A stretch of 32,000 nt of DNA, taken from assembly GCF_001644705.1 (NCBI RefSeq), contig NZ_CP015137.1:1830001-1862000 (forward strand), written 5' to 3'. This DNA is from Dickeya solani IPO 2222. GTDB taxonomy: Bacteria > Pseudomonadota > Gammaproteobacteria > Enterobacterales > Enterobacteriaceae. Shown one piece after another: positions 17,477 through 25,866 of the stretch. Every line of letters starts with the position of its first letter. The stretch's first letter is position 1. The notes beneath the pieces are model-generated. The model was not told where the DNA came from. It searched no databases and worked only from the letters and a program-made list of their open reading frames with translations. A program made the position numbers and the translations under genes.

Positions 17477-18240
17477 TGAAACGATCGCTTGCTACGTTAC
17501 TGCTGCCACTGGCTGTGGGTTGCAGTGCGCTCCCGGCGCTGGCCGCCAGTTTTCCCTGCCAGCAGGCCGCATCGGCGCAGGAGAAACTGATTTGCCAGAC
17601 GCCGGCGCTCAGCCAACTGGATGATGAGCTGGCGAAAGAGTGGCAGAAGTCGCGCGCGTTTCTCACCGGCAACCCCGACCGCGTCGCGCAGGACAAAAAC
17701 CTGACCCAGTTCCAGCGCGGCTGGCTATCCAGCCGCAATACCTGTCGGGATGAAGAGTGCCTGCGCCAGAGCTACCAGCAGCAGCTTACTCGCCTACGCT
17801 ATCTGAACGACGTCACCCAGCACACCATGCCGGATCCGCTCACCCGGCCACGCCGCGGCAGTTGCTTTGACGGCGACTACAGTTACGAGTATTACCTGCA
17901 GTTGTCCGATCAGGAGTACGCCGAACTGAGCGATTACTTCAAGGAAATGTACGACCAGAAAGCGCCGTACCACCTGGCCAACCTAACGCTAACTACCGAA
18001 AACGGCGAGATCACCGGCAACGGCTCGGTGGCGTTCCGCTATGCCAACAAACTGGATGACATCACGCTCAGCGCCCGCCAGATGACCGACACTCAGGCCG
18101 TCGGCCTGACGGAAAGCAGCTTCGGCGGGCAGAAAAAACTGCTGTTGACCTGCGTTGACAACCAGCAGCTGCAAATCACGGTGTTTGACGCCGCCGGTGA
18201 AAGCTATCTGTTTGATTATTTGATGGTAAAGGGCAAATAA
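17473..18240 (+). CDS. Exported protein with a DUF1311 / LprI-like N-terminal domain and an unassigned C-terminal half
   Basis: The signal peptide is MMKRSLATLLLPLAVGCSALPALA. The following C-x3-A-x4-E-x2-IC-x2-P-x-L-x2-LD-x2-L pattern is typical of DUF1311. ATG 17473 overlaps the ilvY TGA as ATGA, and AGGA lies just upstream. The ORF-track start at 17452 falls inside ilvY and is unlikely. ATG 17476 is an equally possible start. Confidence 0.75.
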   Translation: MMKRSLATLLLPLAVGCSALPALAASFPCQQAASAQEKLICQTPALSQLDDELAKEWQKSRAFLTGNPDRVAQDKNLTQFQRGWLSSRNTCRDEECLRQSYQQQLTRLRYLNDVTQHTMPDPLTRPRRGSCFDGDYSYEYYLQLSDQEYAELSDYFKEMYDQKAPYHLANLTLTTENGEITGNGSVAFRYANKLDDITLSARQMTDTQAVGLTESSFGGQKKLLLTCVDNQQLQITVFDAAGESYLFDYLMVKGK

Positions 18241-18243
18241 CCC

Positions 18244-18984
18244 TCAGCGGCTAAACCACTTATCATCCAGAAAGGCGGGGCTGACTTTTTCGGGTTCCGC
18301 CGCTCTCTTCATCGCTTCAATCTTCATCAGGTAGTGATACAGCGGCTCCAGCCGGGTAAAACCTTTCGCCAGCACCGACACAAGTTCACCGCTGAACAGC
18401 GGTTCCTGATCCTGCCGGGTGGTCATGACCGCAAACGATTTACGGTTGTACCAATGCGCCAGTTCCGGTGCCTGCTCCTTAATCAGCGGCCGTTTGTAGC
18501 TCTCGCCCACCAGATCAAACTCGCGCCCCAGACAGGCCGCCACTTTCAGAAAACCCTGCGGGTTGTCGCGCAGCGTCTGCCGGAATAGTTCCATGGTGGT
18601 ACGACTGGCGCTGTAATACCCCAGCCCGTAGCTCCAGTCATACGGTGTCAGTTCGAAAAAATAGACCGGCGCATCGGTCCAGTCTTTGTGGGTACGCTTA
18701 AAGGTAAACCACATTTTGTCGCGATAGCGCGATTTGTCATGAGAAAAGCGGGTGTCGCGGTGAATACGGGATAACGTTTTGCCCACTGCCGGCTTCGTTT
18801 CGAAATGGTCGTCAATTTGCAGCATGGCGATGGACAGCGATTCCACCAGCGCCCGAAACGGCGTCAGTAGCGTGTCGTCATACTCCTGCCGGTGCTCCTC
18901 GAACCAATCCTTGCTGTCCTGCTGGCGTACCTGCTGCAAAAACGTCAGCGTCTGCGGTGAAAACCCGTTGAATCCCATTGCCAT
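18244..18984 (-). CDS. DUF2461 (TIGR02453) family protein of unknown function
   Basis: The N terminus FNGFSPQTLTFLQQVRQQDSKDWFEEHRQEYDDTLLTPF has the family's characteristic pattern. The ORF-track start at 19017 is a TTG. ATG 18984 (MAMGFNGF) is preceded by AGGGA, and ATG 18978 is also possible. Confidence 0.75.
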   Translation of the reverse strand: MAMGFNGFSPQTLTFLQQVRQQDSKDWFEEHRQEYDDTLLTPFRALVESLSIAMLQIDDHFETKPAVGKTLSRIHRDTRFSHDKSRYRDKMWFTFKRTHKDWTDAPVYFFELTPYDWSYGLGYYSASRTTMELFRQTLRDNPQGFLKVAACLGREFDLVGESYKRPLIKEQAPELAHWYNRKSFAVMTTRQDQEPLFSGELVSVLAKGFTRLEPLYHYLMKIEAMKRAAEPEKVSPAFLDDKWFSR

Positions 18985-19083
18985 GATGTGGTGTCCCTGA
19001 CTGGTGTGAGACGTCAAGCCTACCGCAGCATATTCTAAAATAAAATGCGCCCGGCGGCGTAAACCGTCAGACGCATTCGGAAA

Positions 19084-19163
19084 AACTAACGGACTTCGTC
19101 TTGCAAGAACTTAGTCTTACACGAACTTAGTCCAGCAAGAACTTAGCCTTGCAAGAAGAAACG
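19084..19163. repeat. 16-bp tandem repeat array derived from the 3' end of ilvA
   Basis: Read on the minus strand, the units are cgtttcttcttgcaag (the last ilvA codons), gctaagttcttgctgg, actaagttcgtgtaag, actaagttcttgcaag, and a degenerate acgaagtccgttagtt. Confidence 0.85.
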
Positions 19164-20687
19164 GAACGCCGGATTCTGCGTCTCATCGTGGCACTCATAC
19201 CCCAGCGCCTGCAGATGCTGCTCGAACGCCGGGTCGTGTTCCGTGCGCTCGAACGCCGCCAGCACGCGGCCAAAGTCGGTGCCGTGGCTGCGGTAATGGA
19301 ACAGCGAGATATTCCAGTACGTTCCCAGCGTATTGAGGAACTTCAGCAACGCGCCCGGCGATTCCGGGAATTCGAAGCTGTACAACCGTTCCTTCAGCGG
19401 CTTGGACGGCCGCCCGCCCACCATGTAACGCACATGCAGTTTCGCCATCTCATCGTCGGACAGGTCCACCACCTGATAACCACCCGCCTGCAATTCCGCC
19501 AGAATCTCCTGCCGCTCAGCATTGCCGCGCGTCAGCCGCACGCCGACAAAAATACAGGCGTTGTCGGCATTGGCGTAACGGTAATTGAACTCAGTGACGG
19601 AACGCCCGCCCAGCAACTGGCAGAACTTAAGGAAGCTGCCCTTCTGCTCGGGAATGGTCACCGCCATCAGCGCTTCACGTTGTTCGCCCAGTTCGCAGCG
19701 CTCGGACACATAGCGCAGCCCGTGGAAGTTGACGTTGGCGCCGGACAGAATATGCGCCAGCCTTTCGCCCTGGATATTGTGCTGCTGGATGTATTTTTTC
19801 ATCCCGGCCAGCGCCAGCGCCCCGGACGGCTCGGCAATCGCGCGCACATCCTCGAACAGGTCTTTGACCGCCGCGCAGATAGCGTCGCTGTCGACGGTGA
19901 TCACATCGTCCAGATACTCCCGGCACAGGCGGAAGGTTTCGTTACCGATGCGTTTCACCGCCACCCCTTCGGCAAACAGCCCGACGCGCGGCAAATCCAC
20001 CGGCTGACCGGCATCCAGCGCTGCACGCAGGCAGGCGGAATCTTCCGCTTCGACGCCGATCACCTGAATCTGCGGCATCAGTTGCTTAATCAGCACCGCC
20101 ACGCCAGACGCCAGACCGCCGCCGCCCACCGGCACGAATACGCGGTCCAGATGGGCATCCTGCTGCAGCAGTTCCATCGCCACCGTCCCCTGCCCGGCGA
20201 TCACCGCCGGGTGGTCGAACGGCGGCACAAAGGTCATGTGCTGCTGTTGCGACAGTTCGATCGCCTTAGCTTTGGCTTCATCAAAGTTGGCGCCGTACAG
20301 CAGCACTTCGCCGCCAAAATCGCGCACCGCATCCACCTTGATGTCCGCCGTGGCGACCGGCATCACGATCAACGCGCGAATGCCGAGACGGCGGGCGGAC
20401 AGCGCCACGCCTTGCGCATGGTTGCCGGCCGAGGCCGTCACCACGCCGTGTGATTTTTGCTCGTCGCTGAGGCTCGCCATCATGGCGTAAGCGCCGCGTA
20501 GCTTGAAGCTGTGCACCAGCTGACGATCTTCACGCTTGACCAAAATGACGTTGCCAAGCCGTGAGGACAGTTTGTCCATCGGTTCCAGCGGCGTGACCTG
20601 CGCCACTTCGTACACCGGCGCGCGCAATACCGCGCGCAGGTACTCCGCTCCGCCGGGTTCGGCGGGAAGAGGTTGTGATACAGCCAT
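19143..20687 (-). CDS. ilvA: Biosynthetic threonine dehydratase (threonine deaminase)
   Basis: 514 aa, the same length as E. coli IlvA and colinear with it, ending NPAFRFFLQG. Confidence 0.97.
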   Translation of the reverse strand: MAVSQPLPAEPGGAEYLRAVLRAPVYEVAQVTPLEPMDKLSSRLGNVILVKREDRQLVHSFKLRGAYAMMASLSDEQKSHGVVTASAGNHAQGVALSARRLGIRALIVMPVATADIKVDAVRDFGGEVLLYGANFDEAKAKAIELSQQQHMTFVPPFDHPAVIAGQGTVAMELLQQDAHLDRVFVPVGGGGLASGVAVLIKQLMPQIQVIGVEAEDSACLRAALDAGQPVDLPRVGLFAEGVAVKRIGNETFRLCREYLDDVITVDSDAICAAVKDLFEDVRAIAEPSGALALAGMKKYIQQHNIQGERLAHILSGANVNFHGLRYVSERCELGEQREALMAVTIPEQKGSFLKFCQLLGGRSVTEFNYRYANADNACIFVGVRLTRGNAERQEILAELQAGGYQVVDLSDDEMAKLHVRYMVGGRPSKPLKERLYSFEFPESPGALLKFLNTLGTYWNISLFHYRSHGTDFGRVLAAFERTEHDPAFEQHLQALGYECHDETQNPAFRFFLQG

Positions 20688-20692
20688 GGCGT

Positions 20693-22543
20693 TTAGCCTC
20701 CCAGCTTGCTCTTGTCTCGGACCGCGCCTTTATCGGCGCTGGTAGCCAGGCTGGCGTAAGCGCGCAGCGCAAAAGAGACCTGACGGTTACGGTTTTTCGG
20801 CGTCCAGGCGGCATCGCCGCGCGTCAATTCCTGCTCGCGACGGCGGGCCAGATCGTGGTCGCTCACTTCCAGCGCGATACCGCGTTTGGGAATGTCGATA
20901 GCGATCATGTCGCCGTCCTGCACCAAACCAATGATGCCGCCGTTGGCCGCTTCCGGCGACGCATGGCCGATAGACAGGCCGGAGGTGCCGCCGGAGAAAC
21001 GACCGTCGGTGATCAGCGCACAGGCTTTGCCCAACCCCATCGATTTCAGGAAGCTGGTCGGATAGAGCATTTCCTGCATGCCGGGGCCGCCTTTCGGGCC
21101 TTCGTAGCGAATCACCACCACGTCGCCGGCCTGCACCCGACCGCCCAGAATCGCGTCTACCGCGTCATCCTGGCTTTCATACACCTTGGCCGGGCCGCGG
21201 AACACCAGACTGCCTTCATCCACGCCAGCGGTTTTCACGATACAGCCGTCTTCGGCCAGATTGCCGTACAGCACCGCCAGACCGCCATCCTGACTGTAAG
21301 CGTGTTCGCGGGAGCGGATACACCCTTCCTGACGATCGATGTCCAGCGACTCCCAACGGCAGTCCTGCGAGAACGCCTGCGTGGTGCGAATGCCCGCCGG
21401 GCCGGCGGCAAACATTTTTTTCACCGCTTCATCCTGCGTCAGCATGACGTCATAAGCGGACAGCGTTTCCGGCAGGGTCAGGCCCAGTACGTTTTTGACG
21501 TTTTTATTCAACAGGCCGGCGCGATCCAGCTCGCCCAGAATGCCGATCACGCCGCCGGCGCGATGCACATCTTCCATGTGGTATTTCTGGGTGCTCGGTG
21601 CCACCTTGCACAACTGCGGCACCTTGCGCGACAGGCGATCGATGTCGTCCATGGTGAAGTCCACTTCCGCTTCCTGCGCCGATGCCAGCAGGTGCAGCAC
21701 GGTGTTGGTAGAACCGCCCATGGCGATATCCAGCGTCATGGCGTTTTCAAACGCCGCCTTGGTGGCGATATTGCGCGGCAACGCGCTGGCGTCATCCTGT
21801 TCGTAATAACGCTTGGTCAGTTCAACAATGCGTTTGCCCGCGTTGAGGAACAGCTGTTTGCGGTCAGCGTGGGTCGCCAGCAGCGAGCCATTGCCCGGTT
21901 GGGACAGCCCCAGCGCTTCGGTCAGGCAGTTCATGGAGTTGGCGGTGAACATGCCGGAACAGGAACCGCAGGTCGGGCAGGCGGAGCGCTCAATCTGGTC
22001 GCTGTCGGCGTCACTGACATTCGGGTTGGCGCCCTGAATCATGGCATCCACCAGATCCAGCTTGATGAGCTGATTGGAAAGCTTGGTCTTCCCGGCTTCC
22101 ATCGGACCGCCGGAGACGAAAATCACCGGGATGTTCAGGCGCAGCGACGCCATCAGCATCCCCGGGGTGATCTTGTCACAGTTGGAGATGCACACCATGG
22201 CGTCCGCGCAATGCGCATTGACCATGTATTCCACCGAGTCGGCGATCAGCTCGCGGGACGGCAGGGAATAGAGCATACCGCCATGCCCCATGGCGATACC
22301 GTCATCCACCGCAATAGTATTGAATTCTTTGGCGACGCCGCCGGCGGCTTCAATCTGCTCGGCGACCAGTTTGCCCAGATCGCGCAGGTGAACGTGTCCG
22401 GGTACGAATTGCGTGAACGAGTTCACCACGGCGATGATGGGCTTGCCGAAATCGGCGTCGGTCATCCCGGTGGCGCGCCACAGGGCTCGCGCTCCAGCCA
22501 TATTACGACCATGCGTGGTGGTGGCTGAACGGTACTTAGGCAT
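20693..22543 (-). CDS. ilvD: Dihydroxy-acid dehydratase
   Basis: 616 aa, the same length as E. coli IlvD, starting [53 protein letters not shown]. Confidence 0.98.
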   Translation of the reverse strand: MPKYRSATTTHGRNMAGARALWRATGMTDADFGKPIIAVVNSFTQFVPGHVHLRDLGKLVAEQIEAAGGVAKEFNTIAVDDGIAMGHGGMLYSLPSRELIADSVEYMVNAHCADAMVCISNCDKITPGMLMASLRLNIPVIFVSGGPMEAGKTKLSNQLIKLDLVDAMIQGANPNVSDADSDQIERSACPTCGSCSGMFTANSMNCLTEALGLSQPGNGSLLATHADRKQLFLNAGKRIVELTKRYYEQDDASALPRNIATKAAFENAMTLDIAMGGSTNTVLHLLASAQEAEVDFTMDDIDRLSRKVPQLCKVAPSTQKYHMEDVHRAGGVIGILGELDRAGLLNKNVKNVLGLTLPETLSAYDVMLTQDEAVKKMFAAGPAGIRTTQAFSQDCRWESLDIDRQEGCIRSREHAYSQDGGLAVLYGNLAEDGCIVKTAGVDEGSLVFRGPAKVYESQDDAVDAILGGRVQAGDVVVIRYEGPKGGPGMQEMLYPTSFLKSMGLGKACALITDGRFSGGTSGLSIGHASPEAANGGIIGLVQDGDMIAIDIPKRGIALEVSDHDLARRREQELTRGDAAWTPKNRNRQVSFALRAYASLATSADKGAVRDKSKLGG

Positions 22544-22616
22544 ACTCTGATTACTCCAGTTTAAACAGGTAGCCGGCGGCGGTTTGCGCCACCGGAAAAA
22601 GTCTTTCTTTGATTGA

Positions 22617-23543
22617 TTAACGGTTTACCGGGTCCAGCCAGCCCCATTTGTCTTCCGTCTCGCCCGTGAACAGGCCGAAGAACGCTTGCTGTAGCTGTTT
22701 GGTGACCGGGCCGCACTTGCCGATGCCGACCTGAATGCCGTCCACGCTGCGAACCGGGGTGATTTCCGCCGCCGTGCCGGACATGAACACTTCATCCGCC
22801 AGATACAGCGATTCGCGCGACAGCACCTGCTCGCGCACTTCAAAGCCTTTGTCTTTCGCCAGCTTGATGATGGCATCGCGGGTAATGCCCGGCAGCGCGG
22901 CGGAAGTGAACGGCGGGGTGAAAATCACGCCGTCTTTTACTTCAAACAGGTTTTCACCTGCGCCTTCGGATACATAACCGTTCACATCCAGCGCAATCCC
23001 TTCCTGATAACCATGACGACGCGCTTCGCTGCCCACCAGTAGCGAAGACAGGTAGTTGCCGCCGGCCTTGGCCGCGGTCGGAATGGTATTCGCGGCGACG
23101 CGATTCCAGGACGACACCATGGCGTCAATTCCCTGATCCAGCGCTTCTTCGCCCAAATACGCGCCCCACGGGAACGCCGCGATAATCACATCGGTGTTAT
23201 AGCCGGCCGGCGGGTTAACCCCCATGCCCACATCGCCAACAAAGACCAGCGGACGAATATACGCGCTGGTCAGTTTGTTCCGACGCAGTGTTTCGCGGCA
23301 GGCTTCCATCAGTTCGTCAACGCTGTAGGAGAGCGGCATACGGTAAATTTTGGCTGAATCATGCAGGCGCTGCATGTGTTCACGATGACGGAACACCACC
23401 GGCCCTTTGTGAGAACTATAGCACCGCACACCTTCAAACACCGACGTGCCGTAATGCAGCGCGTGGGACATCACGTGAACTTTGGCGTCCGCCCAGGGAA
23501 CCATTTCGCCATTGAACCAGATACAGTCTGCTTTTTTCGTCAT
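22617..23543 (-). CDS. ilvE: Branched-chain amino acid aminotransferase
   Basis: 308 aa, compared with 309 aa in E. coli, and highly similar throughout ([15 protein letters not shown]...[11 protein letters not shown]). Confidence 0.98.
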   Translation of the reverse strand: MTKKADCIWFNGEMVPWADAKVHVMSHALHYGTSVFEGVRCYSSHKGPVVFRHREHMQRLHDSAKIYRMPLSYSVDELMEACRETLRRNKLTSAYIRPLVFVGDVGMGVNPPAGYNTDVIIAAFPWGAYLGEEALDQGIDAMVSSWNRVAANTIPTAAKAGGNYLSSLLVGSEARRHGYQEGIALDVNGYVSEGAGENLFEVKDGVIFTPPFTSAALPGITRDAIIKLAKDKGFEVREQVLSRESLYLADEVFMSGTAAEITPVRSVDGIQVGIGKCGPVTKQLQQAFFGLFTGETEDKWGWLDPVNR

Positions 23544-23567
23544 TATTGATTTTCCTTAGCGATGCCG

Positions 23568-23825
23568 TCAGGCACGTATTTGTTGTGATGTGAGCGGCTG
23601 GATCTCCACACAGGCAATGTCCAGCAGTTTGCTTAATTGGGTTGACAATAAATCCACCGGTCTGTGGCTGGCAACGGTCATTTCAATCTGTACCTGATCG
23701 TCGTTATTCGCCTGCGTCATGTTCATGGAGCAGACCTGAAAGCCGCGGTGACGGGTCACGCGCAACACGCGCTCCAGGACTTCAGGACGATAACGGGCCT
23801 GAATGGAAAGCTGATGATGTGTCAT
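23568..23825 (-). CDS. ilvM: Acetolactate synthase II small (regulatory) subunit
   Basis: The 85-aa product starting MTHHQLSIQARYRPEVLERVLRVTRHRGFQVCSMNM aligns with E. coli IlvM (87 aa). AGGAG lies 8 nt upstream of ATG 23825. The ORF-track ATG at 23843, which overlaps the ilvG TAA, is an alternative start. Confidence 0.88.
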   Translation of the reverse strand: MTHHQLSIQARYRPEVLERVLRVTRHRGFQVCSMNMTQANNDDQVQIEMTVASHRPVDLLSTQLSKLLDIACVEIQPLTSQQIRA

Positions 23826-23842
23826 GGGAAAATCTCCTGCCA

Positions 23843-25489
23843 TTATTCTGTTTTATCCAGCATCGTTTCATTACCGGCACCCGGCGGCACCAGCGGCCAG
23901 ACATTCTCATTCTCGTCGATGGAAACATGCAGCAGGTACGGACCTTTGCTGTTCAGCAGCGCATCCAGGGCGGAATCAATCTGGTCTTTATGGGTGATTT
24001 GCTGGCCGGGAATGCCGAAGGCGCTGGCCAGCATCAGGAAATCGGGGTTATCGGAGAGGTTGGTTTCACTGTAGCGTTCGTCGAAAAACAGTTGTTGCCA
24101 TTGTCGAACCATGCCCAGTCGCTGGTTGTCCAGCAACACGATTTTCAGCGGCAGACGTTTTCGCTTGATGGTGCCGAGCTCCTGCACATTCATCATGAAA
24201 GAGCCGTCACCGGAAATACAGATTACGGTATCGTCAGGGCGCGCCACCTGAGCGCCGACCGCCGCCGGCACGCCAAATCCCATGGTGCCAAGCCCACTTG
24301 AGGTGATGAAATTTTCCGGGCGGGTGAAGTGCATATGCTGGGCCGCCCACATCTGGTGCTGCCCGACATCGGTGGTGATCACCGTCTCGGCCGGCATGCG
24401 GTCCGCCAGTGTGCGGAGCAGCGCCGGGGCATAAATGGCCTCGCCCGGATGGTCATAACGCCACTCGTATTCGGCCTTCATCATCGCCGCCTGCTGACGC
24501 CAGTCAGCGATGTCCAGCGGTTGTTGCAGCGCCGGCAGCAACTGATTCAGATCACCGCACAGCGCTACATGCGCCTGCCGCAATTTATTCAGCTCCGCCG
24601 GGTCGATATCCATGTGGATCACACTGGCATGCGGCGCAAACGCGCTCAGTTTGCCGGTCACGCGGTCATCAAAGCGCGCACCGACGGCAATCAGCAAGTC
24701 GCACTCCTGCACCAGCAGGTTGGCGGCGCGGGTGCCATGCATGCCGATCATACCGAGATAATACGGGTAGTCCTTCTCCACCGCGCCCAACCCTTTCAGG
24801 GTCGCCACGGCGGGAATCCGGGCCGTTTCGATAAATGAGCGCAGCGCCGGAACCGCCTGCGCCATTCCTACGCCACCCCCTACATACAGCGCCGGTTTTT
24901 TCGCCCGCGCCAGCATCGCCCGCGCTTCTGCAACCTGTTGCGCCGAGAACGGCATCACGTCATCTACCGGCATGAAACACGGAGAGAAATCCCCCTCCGC
25001 CAGTTGAATATCCTTGGGAATATCAATCAGCACCGGGCCGGGACGCCCGCTGCGGGCCACGGCGAAGGCTTCGGCCATGATCTCCGGCAACGACGCGATG
25101 GAGTCAACCAGAAAACTGTGTTTGGTGCAGGCCAGCGATAAGCCGAGTACATCGATCTCCTGAAAGGCGTCGGTCCCGATCAGGGCTGAGCCAACCTGCC
25201 CGGTAATCGCCACAATCGGTACCGAATCCAGCAATGCATCCGCCAGGCCGGTAATCAGATTGGTCGCACCGGGGCCGGACGTCGCAATGCAAACCCCGAC
25301 GTTGCCGGTGGAGCGGGCATAACCGATGGCGGCCATGGCAGCACCCTGCTCATGGCGACAGAGCAAGTGTTCCACGCCGCCGTCGTACAACGCATCATAG
25401 ACCGGCATAATCGCGCCACCAGGATAACCGAATACGGTCTCCACTCCCTGCGCTCGCAACGCTTGTACCACCCACTGTGCACCATTCAT
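23843..25489 (-). CDS. ilvG: Acetolactate synthase II large subunit (intact, without the K-12 frameshift)
   Basis: 548 aa, colinear with functional E. coli IlvG, starting [54 protein letters not shown]. Confidence 0.97.
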   Translation of the reverse strand: MNGAQWVVQALRAQGVETVFGYPGGAIMPVYDALYDGGVEHLLCRHEQGAAMAAIGYARSTGNVGVCIATSGPGATNLITGLADALLDSVPIVAITGQVGSALIGTDAFQEIDVLGLSLACTKHSFLVDSIASLPEIMAEAFAVARSGRPGPVLIDIPKDIQLAEGDFSPCFMPVDDVMPFSAQQVAEARAMLARAKKPALYVGGGVGMAQAVPALRSFIETARIPAVATLKGLGAVEKDYPYYLGMIGMHGTRAANLLVQECDLLIAVGARFDDRVTGKLSAFAPHASVIHMDIDPAELNKLRQAHVALCGDLNQLLPALQQPLDIADWRQQAAMMKAEYEWRYDHPGEAIYAPALLRTLADRMPAETVITTDVGQHQMWAAQHMHFTRPENFITSSGLGTMGFGVPAAVGAQVARPDDTVICISGDGSFMMNVQELGTIKRKRLPLKIVLLDNQRLGMVRQWQQLFFDERYSETNLSDNPDFLMLASAFGIPGQQITHKDQIDSALDALLNSKGPYLLHVSIDENENVWPLVPPGAGNETMLDKTE

Positions 25490-25574
25490 AGTTATTTCCC
25501 CGACTCTATCTGGGGGAAACAGGATTTTATGCTAATCGACATTCTCTGCTCCCTTGTTGCGATTGTCGGCCCAT

Positions 25575-25608
25575 AAAAAAACCCCCGACCTTTCGGTGCG
25601 GGGGTTTT
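25575..25608 (-). terminator. ilvGMEDA attenuator terminator
   Basis: On the minus strand, AAAACCCCCG-caccgaaaggt-CGGGGGTTTT runs into TTTTTTT, 21 nt downstream of the leader peptide stop. The 5' arm (CCCCGCAC) can alternatively pair with GTGCGGGG inside the leader ORF (plus-strand 25655..25662), giving a classic antiterminator. Confidence 0.85.
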
Positions 25609-25628
25609 CTTGAATTCGGCCTTGATTT

Positions 25629-25727
25629 TTAAGCCATTCTTCGTCCAAGTGCTGCCCCGCACGGTGGGATAATAATCACCACCACGCTAATCACGACTAG
25701 GCTAATCACCAGGTTGAAGGCTTTCAT
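25629..25727 (-). CDS. ilvL: ilvGMEDA operon leader peptide
   Basis: Hand translation gives MKAFNLVISLVVISVVVIIIPPCGAALGRRMA (32 aa; 14 residues are Ile, Leu or Val). This is the same length as E. coli IlvL (MTALLRVISLVVISVVVIIIPPCGAALGRGKA) and nearly identical to it from residue 7 onward. It is too short to appear in the ORF track. Confidence 0.9.
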   Translation of the reverse strand: MKAFNLVISLVVISVVVIIIPPCGAALGRRMA

Positions 25728-25770
25728 TTCAGGTTGTTCATTAATCTGCTGTCGAACGAATACCTACAGA

Positions 25771-25799
25771 GTTATCACAGCAAGCCCCGCTGTGACAAC
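25771..25799 (-). promoter_or_regulatory. Candidate ilvL promoter embedded in an 11-bp inverted repeat
   Basis: The minus strand reads TTGTCA, then 16-17 nt, then (TGt)GATAAC, roughly 40 nt upstream of the ilvL ATG. The same bases form the inverted repeat GTTGTCACAGC-ggggctt-GCTGTGATAAC (10 of 11 positions pair). Confidence 0.35.
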
Positions 25800-25866
25800 T
25801 CTTTTTTTCCGTGGCTATAGGGCTAACAAACCGATAAGCCTCACAAAACGGCTTATTATTCATGCA

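Noticed and set aside
19036-19080. Possible ilvA terminator hairpin (AATGCG...CGCATT followed by TTTTATTTT on the minus strand)
   Set aside because: The outer stem is only 6 bp, with a long and imperfect interior whose best pairing needs a G-U that becomes a C-A mismatch on the relevant strand. The T tract is suggestive, but the structure is too weak to list as a feature.
20675-22528. A 617-aa ORF on the plus strand that mirrors ilvD almost end to end
   Set aside because: It is antisense to an unambiguous, full-length ilvD ortholog. Its composition is Arg/Gly/Ala/His-rich and low in complexity. This is the typical stop-free antisense frame of a GC-rich, codon-biased gene, and it has no SD or family resemblance.
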